From contig NW_027441456.1 of NCBI RefSeq assembly GCF_964195595.1, positions 680,127-744,126 on the forward strand: 64,000 nucleotides of DNA, in the 5' to 3' direction. The translations under genes were made by a program, and so were the position numbers. Below are positions 34,425 to 47,732 of the stretch, piece by piece; the first letter of the stretch is position 1; every line of letters starts with the position of its first letter. Under the pieces are notes generated by a model. It saw only the letters and a list, made by a program, of their open reading frames with translations. It had not been told where the DNA came from and did not search any database. This DNA is from Calonectris borealis (Eukaryota).

Positions 34425-35138
34425 TGTTGAGAGATGCTATTGGTAATGCAGATAGCGCTGCTGATGCCATAGCAGATGCAGATACCATTCCAGATGCAGA
34501 CACCATTGCAAAGGGGGTTGCAGATTCAAATACCACTGCAGAAACCTTTGCATATACCTTTGCAGATGCTCCTACCATTCCTGATAATGTTGCCAATGCA
34601 GATACCAAAGCAAATACCTCTGCAGATCAGATGCCATTTCAGATGCTGATTCCATTGCAGCAACCGCTGCAGATACCATTGCTGATGCAAAGTCAGATGC
34701 AAGTACAATGGGAGAAGCAGATGCCATTGCAGATGCAGACATCACTGAAGATGCAGAGGCCATTGCAGATACTCTTACCATTACAAATGCCATTACAGCT
34801 GCAGGTAGCACTGCAGATGTTGATGCCATTGCAAATGCCATTGCGGATGCAGATACCGTTGCAGATACTGATCCTATTGCAGATATGATAATCTTACACA
34901 TATCAATGCAGATACAATTACCATTACAGATGCAATCACCAATACCATTACAGATCCCAATACCAGTACAGAGACAGCGGTACCATTACAGATAGTCAAA
35001 CTGATACCGAGACCATCAGTGGTACAGATACCATTAGAGATAGGGTTGCTTATACTATTTCAGCTAGCGAGAGAATTACTCATGCACATACATTAACCAA
35101 ATACATGTACACATACGGAAACCATTGCAAGCACATGT

Positions 35139-35734
35139 GCAGATACAGGCTCTGGATGGGATGGCGTTAACTTTCCCCATAGCAGCTCTCATAGTGCTGT
35201 GCTTTGGTTTTGTGTTTAGAATGGTGTTAATAACACAGCAATGTTTTGGCTGCTGCTGAGCAGTGCTCGCACAGCAGCAAGGCTGTCTCTCCAGCCACCT
35301 GCCTCAAAGGCCGGTAGGCTGGGGGTGGGCAAGAGGCTGGGAGGGGACACAGCCAGAACAGCTGACCCAAACTAACCAAAGGGATTTTCTGTACCATATG
35401 ACGTCATGCTCAGCATTAAAAGCTAAGAGAAAGGGGACGGGGGCATTCATTATTAAGGCATTTATCTACTGAAACAACCGCTATGCATACTGAGGCCCTG
35501 CTTCCCAGGAAGTGCTGGACGTGGCCTGCTGATGGGAAGTAGAGAATATTTTTTTTGTTTCCATTGCTTCCACATGCAGCCTTTGCTTTTCTTTATTAAA
35601 CTGCCTTTAGCTCAACCCACAAGTTTTCCATCTTAATTTCTCCCCCAGTCCTGCTGAGGAGGAGGAGTGATAGAGCGGCTTGGTGGGCACTTGGCAACCA
35701 GCCAAGGTCAACCCACCCCACTGATGAACAATAG
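35139..35734 (+). mobile_element. LTR-B (+) copy 2
   Basis: Duplicate of 13245-13840. Confidence 0.7.
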
Positions 35735-35769
35735 CTAGTTTCTTTGGCAATCGTATAGTTTTTAACAGC

Positions 35770-36303
35770 TCAGTACTTACTCTCACTGGAAGTTATAAAG
35801 CTACGCTGCTTCCATAACTGTCCACTGGTGTGGCATACTTCAAATGCATACCAAGAATCAGTACAAATATTTGCAGTCTTTTCTTTGGACAGCTGGAAAG
35901 TCTTTGTTAATGCAATCAATTCTGCTGCGTGTGCACTCAGCTTCAGACTGAGTGGTGAAGCCCTTACTACTTTATTTTCAGTAGTTTCTGAATAACCTCT
36001 AACCGAGTTACCGCTCAGATAATGTGTGGACCCATCTACACGTAGTTCAAGACCTGGATGTGGAAATGGTACATCTGTTAAATATTTTAAAGTCTTTTTG
36101 TCTTCACAAGCTGTTACCACACCATTGTGATGTGGAGTTTCTTCCCCAGGAGGAGGAAGTAGACTAGCAGGATTCAGCATGTTACATTGCTTAATTGTTA
36201 TGTTTTCCACCGGTAAGAGAATCAGCTCATAATGATGTATTCGCTGTGGTGACAGTGCCTGGGTAAGGTGCTGTGACAGCAGCATTTCAATTTCCTTCCC
36301 CAA
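35770..36303 (-). pseudogene. Inverted pol (RT connection/RNase H) fragment, copy 2
   Basis: Identical 177-aa ORF to 13876-14409. Confidence 0.7.
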
Positions 36304-38607
36304 AATTTGAGATCAAAAAACAAGTTATGCCAGGATGGCAACCGGGCCTGCCTGTCCAGCAAGTGAAATCCTATCAATGGAAAAATGACAATAGCCCATA
36401 TATTTTAATTCCAGTTGGCCCTCAACAACAATTGGTAAAATTTCTAATAGATACAGGAGCACAAATTTCAATATTGACACAACAAGATGCCGAGAAGCTG
36501 GATGTACAACCTGGGGGACAAAGAGTTAAAATCACTGGAGTGAACGGAGCAAGTGTTATGTGCCAAACTGCAAAAGTTAATTTTTGGCTCCCGGGCAAGA
36601 AGCACATGTTGTCTACTCACTTTGCAGTTAAAGATCACAATGAGAATATTTTAGGTTTTGATGTTTTGAATGGCCGAACCTGGCATCTGCCAGAAGGCAG
36701 CCTGTGATCCTTTGCTTCAAATGTCGACCCTAACCCTGATACAAAGCGGAAGGTTTACAGCGCGTTTATGAATGCTGTAGCACTCCGTGCAGCCCCTGCA
36801 CTCCCTGATTCAAAAACACCAACGTGCCGCAGTATCCCATTTCTGGTGCTGCACGAGCTGGAATCTCTGAAGTAATAGCAGATTTGCAAAAGTGGCACAT
36901 TATCTCCAGAAACCACTCCCCCTATAATTCACCGGTTTGGCCAGTCGGAAAACCGGATGGGAGGTGGCATCTAACAATTGACTATCGGTGCTTAAATGCC
37001 AACACAGCTCCACTAACGGCGGCAGGACCCAATATTGCACCTTTAACAGCCACACTACAAGCAGCCACACCCCCATGGATGGCAGCGCTAGATATAAAGG
37101 ATATGTTCTTTATGGTTCCCTTGCAAGCAAAAGGATAAAGAGAAATTTGCTTTTACTTGGGAAAGTATACAATACCCCACAGGGGTATAAACGTTCACCC
37201 ACCATTGCTCATGCTGCGCTTGCTGAACTTTACAAACCGTCTCACTTCCTCAGAATGTGAAACTGTACCAATATATAGATGATATTCTAATTGGAGGAGA
37301 TTCCCCTGAAGAGGCAGGGGAAGCCGCAGCAACAGTGTGGCAAGCGCTACATAAAGCACAAGTTGAAATCCCACCTGAGAAATGTCAGGGACCAAGTAGA
37401 GAGGTAAAATTTTTAGGTACTTGGTGGATTGCAGGTGGTGCAACAATTCCACCAGACACCCTAAGTAAAATGGAACAATTGCAGATGCCCCAGTCGAGGA
37501 AAGAATTACAAGAGCTTATGGGTACTTCAGGGTGCTGGAGGAAACATGCACCTGGATTTTCTATCATTGCTTGGCCACTCTACTCACTTTTATGAAAGGG
37601 AAAGCCATGGAAATGGAACCAGAACATGAAGAGGCAGTGAAATCTCTACTACAGGGATTAAAACCACATCAGTCATTGGGACCAGTACAACCCCACGACC
37701 CTATGGTAAGGATGGGGTTTTGCTGAACATGGTACTTATTGTAACCTGTTCCAAACTGGCCCTGATGGACTGAAAAGACCTTAGATGTTCAGCTCAACTG
37801 CATTGAAAGAGACAGAACAGAGGTATTCCAAGTGGGAAAAGGGACTGTTGTCTTTAGTCCGAGCAGTGAGACAAGCTGAGAAAGTACACCAGGAACAACC
37901 TGTTCAAACCAGAGGTCCATTTAACTTACTAGAAGCAATCCTAAAGGGGACTGCTCCCCCAGAAGGAGTTGCACAAAACCCCACAGTCAGAAAATGGTAT
38001 GCCTACTTAACAGGAATTACAGAAGAAATGAATTTAACCGAAGGACATACTAAAGCTCCCAAGTTACAGATGCCTATAAACACAGACTCATTAGCGTTGC
38101 AACAACCCTTTAAACCCTCACCAATTTTAAATGCACCTCCCCTCACCGAGGGAACACCAGCAGAAGACATTTGGTTTACTGATGCCTCAGCAAGAAGAAT
38201 AGATGGCAAATGGCAATACAAGGCTGCTGCATTAAACATTAAACACAACACTGGCAAGCAAATTATAGAAGAAGGTGAAGGTAGTGCACAAATAGGAGAA
38301 TTAAGGGCAGTTGTTCTAGCACCACAAAACGGAGCCAAAGTTATCTATGTCGACTCCTACGCTGTGTGGGCAGGTGCCACACAATGGCTTTGTCAACGGG
38401 AAGCCCCGAACTGGGAAGTAAACAGATCTCCAGTTTGGAGAACTCAAGGTTGGCAACTATTATTAAATATAGCCGGGAAAACTCCATTCAAGATGGGATG
38501 GGTGAAAGCTCACGCCAAAAATAATAAGCCAGCCACAAACTGGAATCAAAAGGTAGATGAATTGGCAAAGATTAGAAAGATTAAAAATAGGAGATTCCTT
38601 AAATTCT
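36274..38607 (+). mobile_element. ERV-B internal remnant copy 2 (pro 36273-36707, RT 36824-37595, RNase H 37785-38609), followed by CR1 tail 38608-38793 and CR1 fragment 39860-41145
   Basis: ORFs are near-identical to copy 1. Confidence 0.85.
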
Positions 38608-41600
38608 GAGTGGTGGAAGAGATTGCCCAGAGATGCTGTGGATGCCCCATCCCTGGAAGCGATCAAGGTCAGGCTGGATGGGGCTTTGAGCAACCTGATC
38701 TAGTGGAAGATGTCCCTGCCCATGGCAGGGGGGTTGGACTAGGTGATCCTTAAAGGTCCCTTCCAAACCAAATCATTCTATGATTCTATGACCTGGGGGC
38801 ATCTGTGGAGGCTGGTGGGGCATTTGTTTGGCCAACGGAAATGGCAGCAGATGCCCACATTTAGGACGTCAGAACCTGTCCCTGTCTGTTATTTTTTGGG
38901 CAGCCTGTGCAGGGATACCTCTGATCAAATGGTGTCATGTACCACAGCGAGACCTGAGTTTCTGTCTCTCTTTCCCATCAGCTGGGTTTACTAGATCCCC
39001 ACTGACTAGAATGACGGTGGTCTCATGAACATCCCCACATGGCCTGATCAAATTCAGGACAGTTACTTGATTTACTGGCAAAATACAGGCCTGTAATTCT
39101 ACGTGAGATGCCAAGGTTCACAAAAACCTACATGCGGCTGGCAGGTACAGCACAGGAAAGCCATCCACATTCAGAGCGAGAGTGTGTCAGACACCCCAGA
39201 CAGCACTGCAGACAGACTGGGTGCCTTTGTGCAAGCCACTGATTGCTACCACTGCAGTGCCGCAAGGTCTGTCCCTTCTCTGTCCAGTAGATAGAGGGCA
39301 GTCCAGGAATACAAGGCGCGTCACGCTGGGGTCTCCACTCATGTGCCTACGCTCTCAAACTGCTGCTATTTTCTCTCCCCCATCCTTTACTCACCCACTT
39401 GAAAATACAGTCAAGGAACAGACCAACAATTTTCACAGTGTCCCTGTCAGCAGCACCTTGTCGCTCCTGGAGATGGGCTTCACCTCCACCAAAGACCCGC
39501 AGGGGCAGCAGAGACACCACTGACAGCAAACCCGTTTCTTTCCAGGGCTGCACTTCCCAGCCCTGTTTCTCTCTGTCCTTGGGGACAGCAGGGTTTGCTC
39601 ACTCTCTTGGTGTCCCATTTCATCTTTGTGTTTCCATCTGCCGACCACGCCGTCATGTCTCTGCTCTGAAGCAAAGCCTTTGCGCGCTCCGGGACTTGGA
39701 CACGTCGTAGCAGGTTTCCCAAAAACAAGGCAGAATTGGCCTGGAGCCACGCCTGAGGTGCTGCAGCCCAAACGTGCCCTGATGCCCTCAGCCAGGGGCA
39801 CAGCCAGGATGATCTGGAGCCTGTGCTTTTTGACATCGATGGAGTAACTGCCACGGCATGGTGGAACAAGTCACACAGCTTGGGGTGCTGCAGTGGATGG
39901 ATACAGGCTTTTCAGGAGAGACTGGCTGGAAGGATCCAGAGTGGGGTTCCTTCAAAGCGAAGAAGCTGCTTGGATGTGTGGAGCTCCTCTATTGGGCGGG
40001 TGACAATTTGGGTGAGCCCTTGTGGGTGAGGGTCAGAGAAGAGGCCAGTAAACGTGGCATCGTGGTGTGACATAACCTGCAGTCAGGGTAAGGAAGCAGG
40101 CATAGTCTTTTCTAAGCCCACCAAGGAAGTCTCTGGATGTATAGGCCTGGGTCTCACTGGGGACTTTAATGACCCTGGCATTTTCTGGAAGGGGAACAAC
40201 AGCAGCATGCAAACAGCCCAGGCACTTTCTTGAAGTGTTTTGGGACAACTTCCTAGCACAGCTGCCAGATGGGCCAAAGAAGGTAATGCAAACCTGGATC
40301 TGATACTTGCAAGCAAGGCAGAGCTGGCCAGGGATGTCAAGGTCGGTGTAAGCCTTGGCTGTTGCCACCCTGAAATAATGGGGTCCCAGCTCTCGAGGAG
40401 AGTGAGTAAGGAAAGTAGAAGACTGCAGGCGCTGGACATCAGAGGAGCAGACTTTGGCCTATTCTGGGGAGTTTTAGTGGGAATCTCATGGTCAGCAGCA
40501 CTGAAGGGCAGCAGAGCTCAGTACAGCTGGTCTTCAAGGACAGCATCCTCCAAGCACAGCAATGGTCCATATCAAAACTCAGCTGAAACTTGAAAATGAA
40601 TTCAAGGGCACCATAACGAGCTGTTACTCCTTCAGGAACAGTTCAAAAAGAAGCAACTATAACATGGGATCACTGCTAAATTTAGTAGGAGTAGGTATAG
40701 ACAGAGATGAGATATTCTGTGCACTCTTTATCTCAGTTTTCATCACAAGCTTTCCCAGACCTTTGTGCCTCAAGGCAGGGCTCTGGAGGAGAACAGCAGT
40801 CAGCAGTGGATGGGAATCAAATCAGGGGCTACTGGAGCAAAGCCAAGCCTTACCAGTCCGTGGGGCGAGAGCGGCTGCATCCAAGGGTGCTGAAAAAGCC
40901 AGACAATGTCCCAGTGAGGCCACTCTGCATCATCTTTCAAAGGTTATCATCACAGGCCCACAGGGAGGAAGTGAGATTCTCTTTCTGGTCCTGGAATTGG
41001 CTGGCCAAACCATCCACAGCTGGTGCCTCCATGTCTGTCCAGCTCTTTAGCACCAGGGTGTTGGCATATGTTAAGCGGCTATCAATTGCCATCCACCTGG
41101 TTTGCATTTATCTCAAAGGCAGCCTTGACCTCTCCTAAGTCAATATTCCTCAGTTATGACGGTGCATACAATTCATCAATTCTTTTCAAAATAACTTCAG
41201 AATACAAGTAACATCTCAGCTTATTTAAGTATGATAAATAATTCAACACTGCGTAACTTAGCTATCTAGTAAATAACACACAAAGCAGAAGCAGTCAAAA
41301 TGAAAATCTTCCAGGTGACTGCCTGCTCTTTGGGCAATTTCCAAAGCAAATATTCAAGTCAGTCACCTTAAATCTTTTCACACCCGATCCACAACAGAGC
41401 TCTTATTTATAGTTTGTGTCCCGTAAAGATATAACCATATCCATAACCCTTAAAAAGGACATATAATGTCAATGAAGAAGCTGAGCCATTTACAGTTCTC
41501 CTGAACCACTTATCAGTGTATTTTTATTTCTCTGAAGCCATGACAGGAGTCTCTATCATCATGGGAACAAAACCAGTGACACCTCGGTTTCACTGAAACT

Positions 41601-42621
41601 CAGGCAAACCTCCCACTGACTTCAAAACCTAAACCAGATCTTCACCACCAGCCTTTGATTCCCAGCTTGTGTTTCATAAAAATAAATTATCCTCACATCC
41701 TCATAGACAGAGGACTAAAATAAAGCACTATTTTACTTTCAGTAACGGTGATTGGGAAGCACAGCGTGGTAGCTTGAATTACTGTGGCACATAACAAAGA
41801 GAGGATGAGTTTACAGGGGAACGTGCCAGCCTTATGAAGTATTCATGGATCCGGTATGTGCTGCATCTCCTGATTGAGACCTTACTCACCCTGTCTCCTC
41901 CCAGTTCTAGCTCACACCACCAGTAAAAATGCTGGTCTTCTCAAGATGCAGAAATAAATAAATATCTGTCCTGTTATCTATCTCTTCTGATAGTTGTGGG
42001 CGTCTACCGGGAGGCAAAACAGGGGTGCCTGAGTGTCCTGGTTCCGGCTGGGACAGAGTTAACCTTCTTCCCAGTAGCTTGGCGGGTGTGCTGTGTTTTG
42101 GGTTTGGTGTGAAAGGAGCGCTGATGGCCCATTGATGCTTTGGCTGTTGCTGGGTGGTGCTTGCACTGGGGGGAGCACAGCCAGAGTGGTGGACCCAGCT
42201 GGCCAATGGGGTATTCTATACCATGTGACATCATGCTCAGTATAAAAACCAGGTGTGTGGGGGGGCTCGCCCCCTCGTTCGTGACACGTGGTTGGCGGTC
42301 GGTGAGCAGTTGCATTGTGCATCGCCTGCTTTGTATATTCTGTTATTGTTGTTGTTCTCAGTGTTATTCTTACTGTTCTACTTCGTTTTATTTCAATTAT
42401 TAAACTGTTTTTATCTCAACCCAGGAGTTTTCCTACTTGTGCCCTCCCAATTCTCTCCCCCATCCCACTGGAGGAGGGGGGGGGAGGTGAGCGAGTGGCT
42501 GCATGTGGTTTATTTGCTGACGACAGTCCTTTTTGGCGCCCAACATGGGGCAGCGAAGGGTTGAGATAACAACAGATTAATTAGAGCATATTAAGGAATT
42601 TATATCTGGTAACATATTAAT

Positions 42622-43422
42622 TTGTTCTGCACCATGCTCTTGTTTTTACTGTACCTGTTAAAGATTGGAGTTGGGTTTTGTAGTCTGCTGTGCTCTGCAG
42701 TGATTAATGATGTTTTGCCTGGGAGATTTGTTACTAAAACGCTGGCATTGGGGGTTATTTGGTATTTGGGATTTGTAATGAAGCTGTTACTATATTTCAG
42801 GTACCACCTCATGGAGACCGTTAGCAATTATACCTTTTCCTCTGAGAGATTTTTTATGGAGGAAGTAGAGAATGGCACCCTCACTACCTTCCTCTATGAT
42901 GTCGTCTCCTTTGTTAAAATAACTTGTCAGTACCTTGAACATCCCTGGGTAGTTAAGGTACATCTATTGGTACTCCTTGGGAATATTGTTATGGTTTTAT
43001 CCAAGGTTAGTAAGCAATTTAAGAACGTCATCCAGAGATCTGCCCCAAGGCTGGATAGTTATGAGTGGCAGGGCGAGTGGGATAGCATGGGCAAATGCCT
43101 AGGGCGATGGGCACCCCCAGTGTTCTGGAACTTCACCCCTGAACAAGTGCAGAATCCTGAAAAATTAGTAGAATATTTGGAAGAAGTATGCTGTCACCCT
43201 GGCCATCCTAGGGAGACGCAAATCACTGCAATGTGCTGGGGCCTGGCCCATGCCTACCGAGCCCTGTTTAACACCACTCAGAACCCCCAAGGGGAAGGAA
43301 AGGTCGCTGCAGCTGATGACAAAGCAACAGGCCCTGCGTCTCTACCGCACCCCCCACGGCAAGCACAGCAGCCCCCCCACCCCCCACAGCAGGCACGGCA
43401 GCTACTCCGCCCCCTGCGATAG
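42622..43422 (+). CDS. gag: ERV-A gag N-terminal (matrix-like / Pro-rich) region, 266-aa open frame in copy 3
   Basis: ORF '..METVSNYTFSSERFFMEEVENGTL...QNPQGEGKVAAADDKATGPASLPHPP..'; the same sequence is frameshifted in copy 2. Confidence 0.55.
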   Translation: MFCTMLLFLLYLLKIGVGFCSLLCSAVINDVLPGRFVTKTLALGVIWYLGFVMKLLLYFRYHLMETVSNYTFSSERFFMEEVENGTLTTFLYDVVSFVKITCQYLEHPWVVKVHLLVLLGNIVMVLSKVSKQFKNVIQRSAPRLDSYEWQGEWDSMGKCLGRWAPPVFWNFTPEQVQNPEKLVEYLEEVCCHPGHPRETQITAMCWGLAHAYRALFNTTQNPQGEGKVAAADDKATGPASLPHPPRQAQQPPHPPQQARQLLRPLR

Positions 43423-43808
43423 AGAACCAACCCATGCCGGTATCAGTCGCCCCTATACAAAAAAGAAAATGCACAAGAAAATCAGCTCGTCTAGTAAGGG
43501 ATGAAGATGAACCAGGGCCATCACGAGAACAGGAGGAGGAGGAGGAGGCGGAACCTGTAAATGAGATGGTGACCACCCGATCCCTATCCCTGGGTGAGCT
43601 GCAAGATATGTGAAAAGACTTCAGTTGTCGTCCAGGCGAGCACATTGTCACCTGGCTGCTCCGATGCTGGGATAACGGGGCCAGTAGCCTGGAATTAGAG
43701 GGTAGGGGAGCCAAGCAGCTGGGATCCCTTTCTAGGGAAGGGGGCATTGACAAAGCAATTGGACAAGGGGCACAAGTCCTCAGCCTCTGGAGGCGAATCC
43801 TCTCAGGT

Positions 43809-44549
43809 GTGAAGGAAAGGTATCCCTTCAAGGAAGATGTTATATGCCACCCAGGCAACTGGACCACCATGGAGAGAGGTATCCAGTACCTGAGGGAATT
43901 AGCCGTGCTGGAAGTGATTTATGATGACCTGAACAACAAGCAGTTATCCAAAGACCCAGATGAAGTCAAATGCACCCGACCCATGTGGCGGAAGTTTGTA
44001 CGGAGGGCACCAGCGTCACGTGCCAACTCATTGGCCATAATGACCTGGAGAGATGGAGAGGAACAAACAGTGGATGAACTGGCTGGCCAACTCCGGCAGT
44101 ATGAAGAAAGTCTCTCTTCCTCCCTACGGGCCTGTGTCTCTGCTGTGGAGAAACTGTCTCAGGAGGTCCAGCAACTCAAAGAGGATATGTCCTGCTCCCC
44201 ACCTGCACGGGCCAGTGTCTCAGCCATTAGGAGCAAGCGGCCCTCTGCTCAAGAGAGGACACATCGTGGGTACACACCCCGGGGCACCCTGTGCTTTTAC
44301 CTGCGTGACCACGGAGAGGACATGAGGCAGTGGGATGGAAAATCTGCCTCAGCCTTACAGGCACGCGTACATGAGTTGCAAGGAAAAACAACCACAAAAG
44401 GGGGTTCTTCCGGGAAAACTGCTGCCCCAGTCTCCAGCGAGCAGTTCCCCAGACAGGGTAGAAGGACTGATTCCACTTCCGACCTTAACAAAGGGACTTC
44501 TGATTCACACTTACAAGAAGTGGATAGTGAATATGATGACCAGGACTAG
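43809..44549 (+). CDS. gag: ERV-A gag (capsid-like) copy 3, intact 246 aa, terminated by TAG followed in-frame by protease
   Basis: 'MKERYPFKEDVICHPGNWTTMERGIQYLRELAVLEV..DSEYDDQD'. Confidence 0.7.
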   Translation: MKERYPFKEDVICHPGNWTTMERGIQYLRELAVLEVIYDDLNNKQLSKDPDEVKCTRPMWRKFVRRAPASRANSLAIMTWRDGEEQTVDELAGQLRQYEESLSSSLRACVSAVEKLSQEVQQLKEDMSCSPPARASVSAIRSKRPSAQERTHRGYTPRGTLCFYLRDHGEDMRQWDGKSASALQARVHELQGKTTTKGGSSGKTAAPVSSEQFPRQGRRTDSTSDLNKGTSDSHLQEVDSEYDDQD

Positions 44550-44570
44550 AGGGGCCCTGCCTCCAGCCAG

Positions 44571-44960
44571 GTGGAGGAAAGGGACAACCGGGTTTACTGG
44601 ACTGTGTGGATTCAATGGCCTGGCACATCAGACCCACAGGAATATAAGGCTCTCGTAGACACCGGAGCACAGTGTACCCTGATGCCACCAGGCTATAAAG
44701 GGGCAGAACCCATTTGTATTTCTGGAGTGACAGGGGGATCCCAAGAGTTAACTGTATTGGAGGCCGAAGGGAGCCTGACCGGGAATGAGTGGCAGAAGCA
44801 CCCCATTGTGACTGGCCCAGGGGCTCCGTGCATCCTTGTCATAGACTACCTCAGGAGAGGGTATTTCAAGGATCCAAAAGTGTACCAGTGGGCTTTTGGT
44901 ATAGCTGCCCTGGAGACGGAGGAAATCAAACAGCTGTCCACCTTGCCCGGTCTCTCGTAG
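44571..44960 (+). CDS. pro: ERV-A protease copy 3
   Basis: 'ALVDTGAQCTLMPPGYKG'; same frame as gag and pol. Confidence 0.85.
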   Translation: MEERDNRVYWTVWIQWPGTSDPQEYKALVDTGAQCTLMPPGYKGAEPICISGVTGGSQELTVLEAEGSLTGNEWQKHPIVTGPGAPCILVIDYLRRGYFKDPKVYQWAFGIAALETEEIKQLSTLPGLS

Positions 44961-44972
44961 GATCCTTCTGTT

Positions 44973-47732
44973 GTGGGGTTGTTGAAGGCCAAAGAACAAG
45001 TACCAATCGCTACCACAACAGTGCACCGGCGGCAATACCGCACCAACCGAGACTCCCTGATCCCCATCCATGAGCTGATTCATCGACTGGAGAGCCAAGG
45101 AGTGATCAGCAAGACTCGCTCACCCTTTAACAGTCCCATCTGGCCAGTGCGAAAGTCCAATGGAGAGTGGAGACTAACAGTAGACTACCGTGGCCTGAAC
45201 AAAGTCACGCCGCCACTGAGTGCTGCCGTGCCGGACATGCTGGAACTTCAATACGAACTGGAATCAAAGGCAGCCAAGTGGTACGCCACAATTGACATTG
45301 CTAATGCGTTCTTCTCCAACCCTTTGGCGGCAGAGTGCAGGCCACACTTTGCTTTCACTTGGAGGGGCGTCCGGTACACCTGGAACCGACTGCCCCAGGG
45401 GTGGAAACACAGCCCTACCATTTGCCATGGACTGATCCACACCGCACTGGAACAGGGTGAGGCTCCCAAACACCTGCAATACATTGATGACATCATCGTG
45501 TGGGGCAGCACAGCAGAAGAAGTTTTTGAGAAAGGGGAGAGAATAGTCCAAATCCTTCTGAAGGCCGGCTTTGCCATAAAACGAAGTAAGGTCAAGGGAC
45601 CTGCACAGGAGATCCAGTTCTTAGGAATAAAATGGCAAGATGGACGTCATCAGATCCCAACGGATGTGATCAACAAAACAACAGCCATGTCCCCACCAAC
45701 TAGCAGAAAGGAAACACAAGCCTTCTTAGGCGTGGTGGGGTTTTGGAGAATGCATATCCCAAATTACAGTCAGATCGTAAGCCCTCTCTATCAAGTGACC
45801 CGGAAGAAGAACGATTTCAAATGGGGCCCTGAGCAACGACAAGCCTTTGAACAAATTAAACGGGAGATAGTTCAGGCAGTAGCCCTTGGGCCAGTCCGGG
45901 CAGGACAAGATGTAAAGAATGTGCTCTACACCGCAGCCGGGGAGAATGGTCCTACTTGGAGCCTCTGGCAGAAAGCACCAGGGGAGACTTGAGGTCGACC
46001 CTTAGGGTTTTGGAGTCGGGGATACAGAGGATCCGAGGCCCGCTATACTCCAACTGGGAAGGAGATATTGGCAGCATATGAAGGGGTTCGAGCTGCTTCG
46101 GAAGTGGTTGGTACTGAAGCACAGCTCCTCCTGGCACCCCGACTGCCGGTGCTGGGCTGGATGTTCAAAGGGAAGGTCCCCTCTACACATCATGCAACCG
46201 ATGCTACGTGGAGTAAGTGGGTCGCACTGATCACACAACGGGCCCGAATAGGAAACCCCAGTCGCCCAGGAATCTTGGAGGTGATCACGAACTGGCCAGA
46301 AGGCAAAGATTTTGGAATATCCCCAGAGGAGGAGGTGACACGTGCTGAAGAAGCCCCACTGTATAATAAACTACCAGAAAACGAGAAGCAATATGCCCTG
46401 TTCACTGATGGGTCCTGTCGCCTTGTGGGAAAGCATCAGAGATGGAAGGCTGCGGTATGGAGTCCTATACACCAAGTCGCAGAAACTGCTGAAGGAGAAG
46501 GTGAATCGAGCCAGTTTGCAGAGGTAAAAGTCATCCAGCTGGCCTTGGACATTGCCGAACGAGAAAAATGGCCAGTGCTTTATCTCTATACTGCCTCATG
46601 GATGGTGGCAAATGCCCTGTGGGGGTGGCTGCAGCAGTGGAAGCAGAACAACTGGCAGCGCAGAGGTAAACCCATCTGGGCTGCCGCACTGTGGCAAGAT
46701 ATTGCTGCCCGAGTAGAGAACCTGGTTGTAAAAGTACGTCACGTAGATGCTCACGTACCCAAGAGTCGGGCCACTGAGGAACATCAAAACAATCAGCAGG
46801 TGGACCAGGCTGCTATGATCGAAGTAGCTCAGATAGATCTGGACTGGCAACATAAGGGTGAATTATTTATATCTTGGTGGACCCACGACACTTCAGGCCA
46901 TCAAGGAAGAGACGCAACATACAGATGGGCTCGTGATCGAGGGGTGCACTTGACCATGGACACTATTGCACAGGTTATCCATGAATGTGAAACATGCGCT
47001 GCAATCAAGCAAGCCAAGCGAGTAAAGCCTCTTTGGTATGGAGGACGATGGTTGAAATATAAATATGGGGAGGCTTGGCACATTGATTATATCACACTCC
47101 CACAAACCCGACAAGGCAAGTGCTATGCTCTCACCGTGGTGGAAGTAACCACAGGATGGCTGGAATTATATCCCGTGCCCCATGCCATCGCCTGGAACAC
47201 CGTCCTGAGCCTTGAAAAGCAAGTCCTATGGCGACATGGCACCCCAGAAAGAATTGAGTCAGACAACGGGACTCACTTCCGAAACACCCTCATAGACACC
47301 TGGGCCAAAGAGCATGGCATTGAGGGGGTCTATCACATCCCCTACCATGCACCAGCCTCCGGGAAAATCGAACGATACAACGGGCTGCTAAAGACAACAC
47401 TGAGAGCAATGGGTGGTGGGACATTCAAGCATTGGGACACACATTTAGCAAAAGCCACCTGGTTAGTCAACACCAGGGGATCTGTCACTCGAGCTGGCCC
47501 TGCCCAATCCAAACTCTTACGCACTGTAGAGGGGGATAAAGTCCCTGTTGTGCATATGAGAAACATGCTGGGGAAGACAGTCTGGGTTACTCCTGCCTCT
47601 GGCAAGGGAAAACCCATTCGTGGGATTGCTTTTGCTCAAGGACCTGGGTGCGCTTGGTGGGTGATGCGAAAGGATGGGCAAGTCCGGTGTGTACCTCAAG
47701 GGGATTTAATTCTGGGTGAAAATAGCCCATGA
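44973..47732 (+). pseudogene. pol: ERV-A pol copy 3 (RT-RNase H-IN) interrupted by TGA at ~45990 (ORFs 44973-45992 and 46068-47732); integrase C-terminus complete
   Basis: 'YIDDIIVWG'; the integrase ends '..WWVMRKDGQVRCVPQGDLILGENSP*'. Confidence 0.85.
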